DNA of 64,000 bases from an uncultured Aminicenantes bacterium (GTDB lineage: Bacteria; Acidobacteriota; Aminicenantia; UBA2199): NCBI GenBank assembly GCA_965195285.1, contig CBDAFS010000039.1:64001-128000 (forward strand), written 5' to 3'. Made by a program: the position numbers and the translations under genes. The notes under the pieces were generated by a model, which had not been told where the DNA came from, did not search any database, and saw only the letters and a list, made by a program, of their open reading frames with translations. Of the stretch, positions 9,715 to 18,541 are shown one piece after another; the first letter of the stretch is position 1, and each line of letters starts with the position of its first letter.

Positions 9715-10719
9715 TTACCATAAATCACCTATAACATTAGCAAAAGCAATCATTCCATTTTTTGCGGATGATGTCTTTAAAGAATTAAGACTCTCAATAG
9801 CTTCACTAGTATTAACTTTAATAATTCTTTTACATTGATCAATCGAACCGGAATCTTTGATTATCTCAAAACATTTTTTCAGACTTTTTTCATTATTTTT
9901 TTTACGTTTAAAAGTCTTTAATAAAAAATTTCTATCTTTTTCATTGGCAAGTTGTAAAGCCATTATAAATGGTAATCTCATTTTTTTCTGTTTTATATCT
10001 CCTCCTAATTGTTTTCCAATGAGTCTTACATTTCCAATAATTTCAAGAACATCATCTTTGATTTGGAAAGCAACTCCCAAAAATTTACCATAAGTAGAGA
10101 TTGAATTAATTTCCTTAATATTTCCTCCCCCAAGAATTGCTCCAATTTTCAAACTGCATATGATCAATGAAGCTGTGGTTTTTGAAATCATTTCCATATA
10201 TTGCTTTTCAGTGATGTTCTGATTGTATTCAAAATCTAAATCAAGAAACTGACCTATATATAATTCTTTATATGTTTCTTTTAATGTTTCTTCTGATTTT
10301 AATATCCTATTAACAGGAATCTTATCATTTGAATACAATTCAGACATTGCAGCATGTGCAACGCTATTTAGGATTTCACCTATTATTACTGCTTTTTTTG
10401 CACCATGAGCAGAATAAACTGATATAACTCCTCCTCTCAAGGATGATTCATCTAGAAAATCATCAATAATTAAAGTAGAAAAATGAAAAAGTTCAACAGC
10501 AATTGCTGCTGGTAGAATTATGTTATATTCACCTCCAACAGATTCACAGGCTAATTTCATCAAGAAGGGTCTTTCTCTATGTCCTTTAGGCTTTAATGCA
10601 AATTCAATTATCTTTTTTATTTTAATTTTTTGAATATTTAAAAACTTGAAAATTTCATCATCAATTATTTTACTATTCTCTTTAAATATTCTATTGATAG
10701 ATTGGTGTAAATTTATCAT
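9715..10719 (-). CDS. Polyprenyl diphosphate synthase family protein (trans-isoprenyl diphosphate synthase fold)
   Basis: RERPFL, FARM DDFLD, GQFLD, KTTASL, second Asp-rich motif FQIKDDVLE, GKQLGGD. Confidence 0.85.
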   Translation of the reverse strand: MINLHQSINRIFKENSKIIDDEIFKFLNIQKIKIKKIIEFALKPKGHRERPFLMKLACESVGGEYNIILPAAIAVELFHFSTLIIDDFLDESSLRGGVISVYSAHGAKKAVIIGEILNSVAHAAMSELYSNDKIPVNRILKSEETLKETYKELYIGQFLDLDFEYNQNITEKQYMEMISKTTASLIICSLKIGAILGGGNIKEINSISTYGKFLGVAFQIKDDVLEIIGNVRLIGKQLGGDIKQKKMRLPFIMALQLANEKDRNFLLKTFKRKKNNEKSLKKCFEIIKDSGSIDQCKRIIKVNTSEAIESLNSLKTSSAKNGMIAFANVIGDLW

Positions 10720-10739
10720 AATGAAGAATATAATCTAAA

Positions 10740-10898
10740 TCAATCAACTTCATATTTAATTTCAGATTCTGGCCTTTTTTTAGAGTTCTTAATTTTAAAT
10801 AAAAACCTTTTTTTCATTAGATCAAAAAGCTTTTTTGTTTTCAAATGTTTTTTTAAGATACGCTTAGTTGGCTTTTCTCCGAGAACCAATTGTGCCAT
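10740..10898 (-). CDS. Small lysine-rich protein, 52 aa (not in the ORF track)
   Basis: GGAGG 7 nt before ATG; MAQLVLGEKPTKRILKKHLKTKKLFDLMKKRFLFKIKNSKKRPESEIKYEVD*; fills the gap between co-oriented genes. Confidence 0.6.
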   Translation of the reverse strand: MAQLVLGEKPTKRILKKHLKTKKLFDLMKKRFLFKIKNSKKRPESEIKYEVD

Positions 10899-10925
10899 TC
10901 AAATTCCTCCATATCCATATTAATA

Positions 10926-11720
10926 CTAATATTGAATATACTGCAATTTCTCAAATGTTTCAATTTGAGTTGAATAACTCCCTGCTTTCGTTTTTCCTGC
11001 AGTAATCACTAATTTTACTTTATTCTTTAATTCAAAATCCTTCTTAAGATCAATTGTTGAAATTGCTAATATATCATCTGCTAAAGCAAAATCTCTAATT
11101 TCAATATTATTATTGAGTACATCTTTTCTATTACAAACTTTTAAAGTTATATTAGCTTCTTTGGAATTTTGCCCGAGCAGACTTTTCTCTAACTTTTTGT
11201 ATGTAATTGTCTCATTAGTAGGTATTATATATCGTGTTTTTTTGATATCTTTTACTTTTAAGAGATTATTATATTCTTTTAGATGTTCGTTATATTTATA
11301 CCAATCACTTAGATGAATTGTATAGGTGGTTTCCCATTTTTTTTCTGCGAAATATAATCCACTAATCAAAAATTTTATATACTCCTCACATGTTACATTA
11401 AAAGGAATTTCAATTTCATTTCCTTTTAAAGCTGAATTCAGTATTGTGAATATTATAATTTTTGACTTTGTTAATGCACTTATATTACATTCTTTTAATA
11501 CTTTGAGTAGATTGGGGCAGATATTTTTATATTCCAAAATAAATGAAGTAGTGAAGTAAGAAACAATAGCTATACTTATGAGGCCAAGATAATAATATAA
11601 AAGTTTTGAGATAGAGCTATCATCAGGTGTGTTTATAATTACATCAAAAATAAATGTTATAAGTAATGAAAAAAATATCGAAAATAGAATATTTGAAGTA
11701 TTTTTTAATTTATCTTTCAT
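10926..11720 (-). CDS. Hypothetical protein with two N-terminal TM helices and a soluble domain
   Basis: Two hydrophobic N-terminal segments; TRYII and RDFALADD motifs; in operon order between livK and the prenyltransferase. Confidence 0.7.
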   Translation of the reverse strand: MKDKLKNTSNILFSIFFSLLITFIFDVIINTPDDSSISKLLYYYLGLISIAIVSYFTTSFILEYKNICPNLLKVLKECNISALTKSKIIIFTILNSALKGNEIEIPFNVTCEEYIKFLISGLYFAEKKWETTYTIHLSDWYKYNEHLKEYNNLLKVKDIKKTRYIIPTNETITYKKLEKSLLGQNSKEANITLKVCNRKDVLNNNIEIRDFALADDILAISTIDLKKDFELKNKVKLVITAGKTKAGSYSTQIETFEKLQYIQY

Positions 11721-11737
11721 AATTATTATTGGTTATA

Positions 11738-12862
11738 TTATTCATATATTTGAAACTTCCCACCCCTTACAATTTTGATTACAGCTTGTTGAATCACATC
11801 ACCATTTTTATCAAATGTTGTATCACCAACAATTCCTGGATAATGCTTTACTGTATATATATAATTTTTAATACTTTCCGCAGTTAATTCAGCATTTGAT
11901 TCTAATATCGCCAATGATATAATCTTAATAGCATCATAACTCAAGGCAGCAAAAATATCTGGTTCCACATTATATTTATCTACATATTTTTTTACAAATT
12001 TTTTGATATTATGGGCATTACTTTTTGGATCATAAGTTCGAGCTGAATATATAACACCTTCGGCAGAATCACCTGCAATCTTAAGAATCTCAGGATCCTC
12101 AAACATCACAGTGCTTAAAAACTGTTTGTTAATGTCAAGCTCTCTTGATTGTCTAAGTAATTGCGCTAGTTCTTTATAGCCGATAATATAGATTGCATCT
12201 GGATTATACTTTTTTATTTTAGATAATTGTAAACGAAAATCTGTAGTTCCTTGATCAAAAGTTTCTGAAATCAAGATTTCTCCGCCTAATTTTATATAAT
12301 TTGTGGTAAATACATCTTTTATTCCTAAGCCATAGTCATTATTTACATAAAGAATAGCAACTTTTTCCAATTTCATTTTTCTAATTGAAAATTCAGCCAT
12401 AATATTCCCTTCAAAAATATCAGATGCACAATTTCGAAAAATATAATCACCAGCATTAGTTATTTCAGGTGCAGAAGATGTTGGAGAAAGTAATACAACT
12501 TTGTTTTTATTCAAAATTGGCGATACTGCCAAAGTCACACTACTGAACAAACCACCAATTATAACTGGTACATTATGTGTTGATATCAACATTTGAACTG
12601 CTAAAACACCTGTTTTTGGATCACCTTTTGAATCTTCAAAAATTACTTCGATTTTTTTCTTAGTACTTTTTTTTTCATTTATTTCATCAATAGCAAGATT
12701 AATAGCATTTTTTGCTGTTTCCCCATATTTAGCACCATCTCCAGTTAAAGGCATAATAGCGCCAATCTTTATTACAGTTTCCTCTTTTATTGGTTTACAA
12801 CTTTGAGCACAAATAATCAACAATACTAAACAGACTGCTAATGAATAATTTTTTTTACTCAT
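11738..12862 (-). CDS. livK: ABC transporter substrate-binding lipoprotein (LivK-like)
   Basis: Lipobox AQSC, KIGAIMPLTGDGAKYG, FEDSKGDP, NNDYG, TTFDKNGD; GGAGG RBS. Confidence 0.85.
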   Translation of the reverse strand: MSKKNYSLAVCLVLLIICAQSCKPIKEETVIKIGAIMPLTGDGAKYGETAKNAINLAIDEINEKKSTKKKIEVIFEDSKGDPKTGVLAVQMLISTHNVPVIIGGLFSSVTLAVSPILNKNKVVLLSPTSSAPEITNAGDYIFRNCASDIFEGNIMAEFSIRKMKLEKVAILYVNNDYGLGIKDVFTTNYIKLGGEILISETFDQGTTDFRLQLSKIKKYNPDAIYIIGYKELAQLLRQSRELDINKQFLSTVMFEDPEILKIAGDSAEGVIYSARTYDPKSNAHNIKKFVKKYVDKYNVEPDIFAALSYDAIKIISLAILESNAELTAESIKNYIYTVKHYPGIVGDTTFDKNGDVIQQAVIKIVRGGKFQIYE

Positions 12863-13102
12863 AAAAACCTCCCAACAACCTTAATTATAAAATTAATTAA
12901 ATCAAATTCAAAAAAAAAAGTCAAATTGAAAAAAGTATTTTCATAAATTAATATACATAAACATTTAAATAAGAAGAATTGAATAAATTCGATTTAAAAT
13001 CCCAATTCAAATATTGACAAAAAAAAAGAATTTATTAATAATACAAATGGGATACAGAATTTATTTCTTATAGTTAAAATTAGTTTTTTCAAAATAAAAC
13101 AA

Positions 13103-14335
13103 ATGTATTACATAGAACTATTTTCAGGTGCCGGTGGATTATCCGAAGGTTTCATAAAAGCAGGGTTTAAACCAATAGCCCATATTGAGATGGATAAAAA
13201 TTCATGTTGTACATTAAAAACCAGACATGCTTATCACTATTTAAAAAAAAAGAGGAAACTGGATATATATCAATCCTATTTAAAAAAAGAAATATCACGC
13301 GAAGATTTGTATTCAACAATCCCTGATGATTTAATTGAATCAATTATAGAGACAGAAATTACAGAAAATAATCTAAAACTTATTTTCAATAAAATAAAAT
13401 ATTTTCAAAAAAGTAAAAGTATATCAGATATTGATTTAATTATTGGGGGCCCTCCCTGTCAGGCATATTCAACCATTGGAAGAGCAGCAACAAAAAACAA
13501 AAAGTCTTTTGACCTTAGAAATTATTTGTATCAACTATACGGTCGTTTTTTATTGGAATTCAAACCAAAATTATTCTTATTTGAAAATGTACCGGGTATA
13601 AAAACAGCAGGAAATGGTCAGTATTATTGTAGTTTGAAGGACGAATTCAGAAATTTTGGATATGAAATTGAAGATAGAATGCAAAATGCTGCAGATTATG
13701 GCGTCATACAGAGAAGAGAAAGAGTTATCATAATTGGCTGGCGGAAGGATATACAGTTTAGATATCCTGAATTTGAGAATATTGAGAATAAATGGACGGT
13801 TAAGGATATATTATTCGATTTACCTGAATTGAAAGCTGGAGAATCAATTAATATTGGAAAGTATATAAGTAAACCATCTGAATATATAAAAATGTTCAAT
13901 ATCCGTAATGGAAGTGATATTTTGACCCAACATATAGCTAGACCTCATAATAAAAAAGATTTAAGAATTTATAAACTGGCAATTGAAAAGTGGAACAAAA
14001 ACCATAAGAGAATAATGAATTTCGAAATTCCAGACAAAATTAGAACCCAGAAAAACATTTCATCATTCCTTGATCGATTTAAAGTTGTATCAAAAGATGA
14101 TTTATCACATACATTAATAGCTCATATAGCAAAAGATGGACATCATTATATTCATCCGGATATTGAACAGTTAAGATCTATTAGTATTAGGGAAGCAGCA
14201 AGGATCCAATCTTTCGAAGATAATTACTATTTTGAAGGCCCAAGAACTTCTATTTTTAATCAAATTGGAAATGCAGTCCCTCCACTCTTGTCCTATGCTA
14301 TTGCTTCAAAAATAAGGGATATTATAAATGTCTAA
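13103..14335 (+). CDS. DNA (cytosine-5)-methyltransferase
   Basis: FSGAGG (motif I), GGPPCQ (IV), ENV (VI), QRRER (VIII), REAARIQSF (IX), GNAVPP (X). Confidence 0.95.
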   Translation: MYYIELFSGAGGLSEGFIKAGFKPIAHIEMDKNSCCTLKTRHAYHYLKKKRKLDIYQSYLKKEISREDLYSTIPDDLIESIIETEITENNLKLIFNKIKYFQKSKSISDIDLIIGGPPCQAYSTIGRAATKNKKSFDLRNYLYQLYGRFLLEFKPKLFLFENVPGIKTAGNGQYYCSLKDEFRNFGYEIEDRMQNAADYGVIQRRERVIIIGWRKDIQFRYPEFENIENKWTVKDILFDLPELKAGESINIGKYISKPSEYIKMFNIRNGSDILTQHIARPHNKKDLRIYKLAIEKWNKNHKRIMNFEIPDKIRTQKNISSFLDRFKVVSKDDLSHTLIAHIAKDGHHYIHPDIEQLRSISIREAARIQSFEDNYYFEGPRTSIFNQIGNAVPPLLSYAIASKIRDIINV

Positions 14336-16424
14336 AGAGCTAGCTTTTAAGCCCAAGGCAAGATTATTGTTACAATTAGGTGAACAACTAATCCGTAATG
14401 AAAGCATAGCACTTATGGAAATTATCAAAAATTCATATGATGCTGATGCCTCTAAAGTATCAATATCCATGAAAAATGTTGATGACACAAAAAAAGGTGA
14501 AATAATCATTGAAGATAATGGTATCGGAATGGATGAAAGAATTATAGAAGATGTATGGATGCAACCAGGAAGTAATTATAAATCATCATTATTTGAAAAA
14601 AGAGTTAGAACCGTAAAATATAAAAGATTACCAATAGGAGAAAAGGGAATTGGAAGATTTGGGGTACACCGTCTGGGTCAGGAAATTGAGATAATCAGCA
14701 AGAAAGAAGGTAAAAATGAAGTTTATTTAAAAATTAATTGGAGTAAATTTGAGAAAGATGACTTTTTGTCAAATATAAAAGTAAATTTATTTGAAAGACT
14801 ACCTCAATATTTTCTTAAGGGAAATACAGGTACTAAAATAATAATTAATAAACTACGAAAATCCTGGAGTCGTATTGAAGTGAGAGAATTATATAGATCA
14901 ATAAACACTTTGAATTCCCCTTTTAAATCATATGACTCTTTCGAAGTTGACTTTTCAATTGATAAAAAGAAATGGTTAGAAGGACTTCTTTCATTTGATG
15001 ATATAAAAAAATATGCCCTTTATTATTCCATAGCCTCTATTGAAGGAAATGAAATCAAAGATTTCAAGTATGAATTCCGTCCCTGGGATACAATGGTAAA
15101 ACTAAATGAAAGGAAAGTTGAAGATAAGCATATCAGGATGGTAAAAAAGATTTATGATGAAGAAAAAAGAAAAAATGTTTATGTTGATATTGATCTAAAT
15201 AAATCTAAAATAGGAAAGATAAGTTTTGAGATTTTAATTTTCGATAGGGAAAGAAGAATATTATCTTTAGGAGTTACCGATAGAAAAGGATTTGATGAAT
15301 ACCTAAATGAAAATGGTGGTATAAGGGTTTTCAGGGATGGAATTAGAATATATGATTATGGTGAAAAAAGTAATGATTGGCTTGACCTTGACATAAAAAG
15401 AGTTAATCGACCCGGGGAAACAATTAGTAATAATCTTGTTATGGGTGCAGTCTATCTTGATCGAGAAAGTAGTACTGATTTAGTTGAAAAAACAAATAGA
15501 GAAGGTTTCATTGAAAATAATGCGCTATCTGAATTTATATTGGCTATTGATTTTGCTTTAAACAATATTTTGACATATAGAAGTATTGATAAAAATAAAG
15601 TCAGAACAATATATAGTAATATTGATACAAATGAACCTGTTACTGAAAATTTGCGAGAACTGAAGAACAAAATAGAAAAAAATATTGAAAAAGGGGAATT
15701 TAAAAAGGAACTATTAAAAACAATAAAAAACATTGATAAAGATTACAAATATATAAAAGAGATTTATGTAAAAAGCGCTAGTGCTGGTTTAAGTCTTAGT
15801 ATTGTCATCCACGAAGTTGAAAAAATTTTAGCAGAATTGGTAAAAATAGTAGAAGCAACAGGATCAAGAGAAAGAATAAAATTTCTAGTAAACCACCTCG
15901 ATAAAATTGTTAATGATTATGCAACCATAATTAAACAAAGCAAAAAGGAAAAAAGTAATCTAAAATCTCTCATCGATCAATCTCTTTTCAATTTAACCTA
16001 TAGGATTAAGGCACATAATCTGAACGTAATCAGATCTTACGAAAAATATAAAGAAAATCCAGTTGTTACATGCGCACAAAATTTGGTAATAAGCGTAATC
16101 ATGAATATCATTGATAATTCAATCTTCTGGATAAATTATGCAAATAGACAAGTAAAAAAACTATATATCACATTAACCGATGAAATACCGGAACATACTT
16201 CAATATTAATTGCAGATAATGGTCCGGGATTTCATATTTCTCCAGAAGACGCAATAAAGCCCTTTATAACGGAAAAACCAGGAGGTATGGGGCTAGGATT
16301 ACATCTCGCAGATGAAGTTATGAATGCACAGGGCGGAAAACTATTATTTCCTGAAAAATTTGATTTCAAGCTACCAGTAGACCTTCAAAATGGTGCAAAA
16401 ATTTTACTAGCTTTTAAAAATTAA
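14328..16424 (+). CDS. MORC/MutL-type GHKL ATPase fused to a C-terminal histidine kinase
   Basis: N-terminal EIIKNSYDADA, DNGIGM, GEKGIGRF, GTKIII; C-terminal H-box IHEVEK, N-box NIIDNS, DNGPG, PFITEKPGGMGLGL. Confidence 0.88.
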   Translation: MSKELAFKPKARLLLQLGEQLIRNESIALMEIIKNSYDADASKVSISMKNVDDTKKGEIIIEDNGIGMDERIIEDVWMQPGSNYKSSLFEKRVRTVKYKRLPIGEKGIGRFGVHRLGQEIEIISKKEGKNEVYLKINWSKFEKDDFLSNIKVNLFERLPQYFLKGNTGTKIIINKLRKSWSRIEVRELYRSINTLNSPFKSYDSFEVDFSIDKKKWLEGLLSFDDIKKYALYYSIASIEGNEIKDFKYEFRPWDTMVKLNERKVEDKHIRMVKKIYDEEKRKNVYVDIDLNKSKIGKISFEILIFDRERRILSLGVTDRKGFDEYLNENGGIRVFRDGIRIYDYGEKSNDWLDLDIKRVNRPGETISNNLVMGAVYLDRESSTDLVEKTNREGFIENNALSEFILAIDFALNNILTYRSIDKNKVRTIYSNIDTNEPVTENLRELKNKIEKNIEKGEFKKELLKTIKNIDKDYKYIKEIYVKSASAGLSLSIVIHEVEKILAELVKIVEATGSRERIKFLVNHLDKIVNDYATIIKQSKKEKSNLKSLIDQSLFNLTYRIKAHNLNVIRSYEKYKENPVVTCAQNLVISVIMNIIDNSIFWINYANRQVKKLYITLTDEIPEHTSILIADNGPGFHISPEDAIKPFITEKPGGMGLGLHLADEVMNAQGGKLLFPEKFDFKLPVDLQNGAKILLAFKN

Positions 16425-16439
16425 ATAGGGGGTACAATA

Positions 16440-17771
16440 TTGATGTATCATATTGATATACCTAAGAATGGATCCGTAGTAATTATAGATGATAAAATCA
16501 AAGAAGTTATACCTTTATTTAATATACTTTCAAAAGCTGGAATTTCCTTTACTTATTATTCAGGTACTGATCTTGAAGAATTACCTGAAAAACCTATCCA
16601 AACGATAAGGGCAGTTTTTCTTGATATTCAATTAATACCTGCTTTAAATGCTCATAGCTATTCACAAATGGCTCTAAATTTGCTTGAAAAAATTATTCCA
16701 GACGATAATGGTCCTTATATTCTGTTAATCTGGAGTACAAATCAAAGGCAATATGCAGAAACACTTGAAGCACAGATTATAGGCCCTAATTATTCAAGAA
16801 GACCAGCAATAATAATACATTTAGATAAAATAGATTATTTTAAACAAGAAATACTACAAAAAAATAGTAACACACAAGAAGTGAAATTTATCCCTAAATC
16901 TGATGCATTTAAATCTATCACAAAAAAAATAAATTCTGAATTAGAAAAGGTTAAGGTTTTCCACCTTTTCACCTTATGGTCCGATATAATAAATAATTCT
17001 GCAAATGAACATGTAAACAATTTTCTAACTCTATTTCCTTATGATAATCAATGGCAAAATAATCTGAAGAAAACAATATTTAAATTAGCAAAAGCTGTTG
17101 CGGGTGATACAATTAATAATATAGAAGATGATGAAAAAATCAAATACGCTTTTTTTTCTTTAAATAGAACATTAATAGATACAATCGAAAAAAATACTAA
17201 TCTTAATTTCAAAATCAGCTTAAAAAACATTAAAAATGGAGTAATTAATCAGTCGATTATAGCAGATATAAATTCAAAATTACATCTAATGCTAATAAAT
17301 AGTGATTGGAAAATTAAAACTGGTAACCTTTATATTATTCCTCAAAACCACACAAGAATATATTCAGAACATTTGGATCTAATTATTTCTGAAAGAAATT
17401 TCAAAGCAACAAGATGTGAAGAAATAAAACTTAATAGACCAAAACTATTTAGACTGGATATAACTCCAGTTTGTGACTATGCACAGGATAAAGGATATGT
17501 GAGATTTCTATATGGTTTTATTATTGATTCAAGATTTGAGGATGAGGTTAAAAAGAAAAATTTTAATAATTATGTTAGTCCATTATTATACATTAATAAC
17601 AAAATTGTGTTTCTATTCATTGATTTTAGATTTTCAAACTCTGTCCAAAATGAAAAAAAATTCAATATAAAACTAAAACCAAATTTTGTTGTAAAAAAGG
17701 AGATCATTACAGATATGCAAACACACTTTTCACATTATATAAATAGACCTGGGATTATCAAAGTAGAGTGA
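16440..17771 (+). CDS. Receiver-domain protein with a long C-terminal region of unknown function
   Basis: VVIIDD, FLDIQL (phospho-Asp), LIWST and LDK receiver motifs; C-terminal DITPVCDYAQDK and YINRPG. Confidence 0.75.
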   Translation: MMYHIDIPKNGSVVIIDDKIKEVIPLFNILSKAGISFTYYSGTDLEELPEKPIQTIRAVFLDIQLIPALNAHSYSQMALNLLEKIIPDDNGPYILLIWSTNQRQYAETLEAQIIGPNYSRRPAIIIHLDKIDYFKQEILQKNSNTQEVKFIPKSDAFKSITKKINSELEKVKVFHLFTLWSDIINNSANEHVNNFLTLFPYDNQWQNNLKKTIFKLAKAVAGDTINNIEDDEKIKYAFFSLNRTLIDTIEKNTNLNFKISLKNIKNGVINQSIIADINSKLHLMLINSDWKIKTGNLYIIPQNHTRIYSEHLDLIISERNFKATRCEEIKLNRPKLFRLDITPVCDYAQDKGYVRFLYGFIIDSRFEDEVKKKNFNNYVSPLLYINNKIVFLFIDFRFSNSVQNEKKFNIKLKPNFVVKKEIITDMQTHFSHYINRPGIIKVE

Positions 17772-18541
17772 AAAAGAAAAGTCCTGGTTGGTCTTATAAT
17801 GAACTTTTGGTCGCCTTTAATTTGTACTGTAAAATTCCTTTTTCGAAAATAAATTATAGAAAAAAAGAAATAGTTAAGCTCGCAAAATTGATTAATAGGA
17901 CCCCATCAGCAGTTGCATTAAAACTTGCTAATTTTTCAAGGTTTGATCCAGAACTAAAATCCCGTCAAATTTCAGGTATGACGCATGGAAGTAAAGAAGA
18001 AGAAATAATATGGAATGAATTCAATGAAAACCAGGAAAGATTTGTTTATGGGAGTGAGAAAATACTTGCTCATTATAAAGATCAAACACTTGAAAAATCT
18101 TTTGACCTGGATATTGAATTGCTTGTAAAAGATGGAAAAGAACGTGAGGCAATTGTAAAAATGAGAGTGAATCAGAGTTTCTTCAGGAAAATGATTCTGG
18201 CGTCATATAACAATATGTGCTGTATAACCGGAATTTCTATATCCGATTTACTGGTGGCCAGTCATATAATTCCATGGTCTATTGATATAAAAAATAGAAT
18301 GAATCCAAAAAATGGCATTTGTTTAAATGTTTTACATGATAAAGCTTTTGATAAGGGGCTGATAACCATTACTCCGGATTATAAAATAATGATATCACCT
18401 CAATTAAAAAATAATAGGAACAAGTTTTCAGAATTATTTTTCTTAAAATATGAAGAATCTAAAATAATTCTACCACAGCGATTCTTTCCGGATATTGAAT
18501 TTTTAAAATATCATAACAAACACATCTTTCAAAAAAATTGA
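17768..18541 (+). CDS. HNH endonuclease with N-terminal helical domain
   Basis: RVNQSFFRKMILASYNNMCCITG, LLVASHIIPWS, NPKNGICLNVLHDKAFDKG. Confidence 0.9.
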   Translation: MKKKSPGWSYNELLVAFNLYCKIPFSKINYRKKEIVKLAKLINRTPSAVALKLANFSRFDPELKSRQISGMTHGSKEEEIIWNEFNENQERFVYGSEKILAHYKDQTLEKSFDLDIELLVKDGKEREAIVKMRVNQSFFRKMILASYNNMCCITGISISDLLVASHIIPWSIDIKNRMNPKNGICLNVLHDKAFDKGLITITPDYKIMISPQLKNNRNKFSELFFLKYEESKIILPQRFFPDIEFLKYHNKHIFQKN

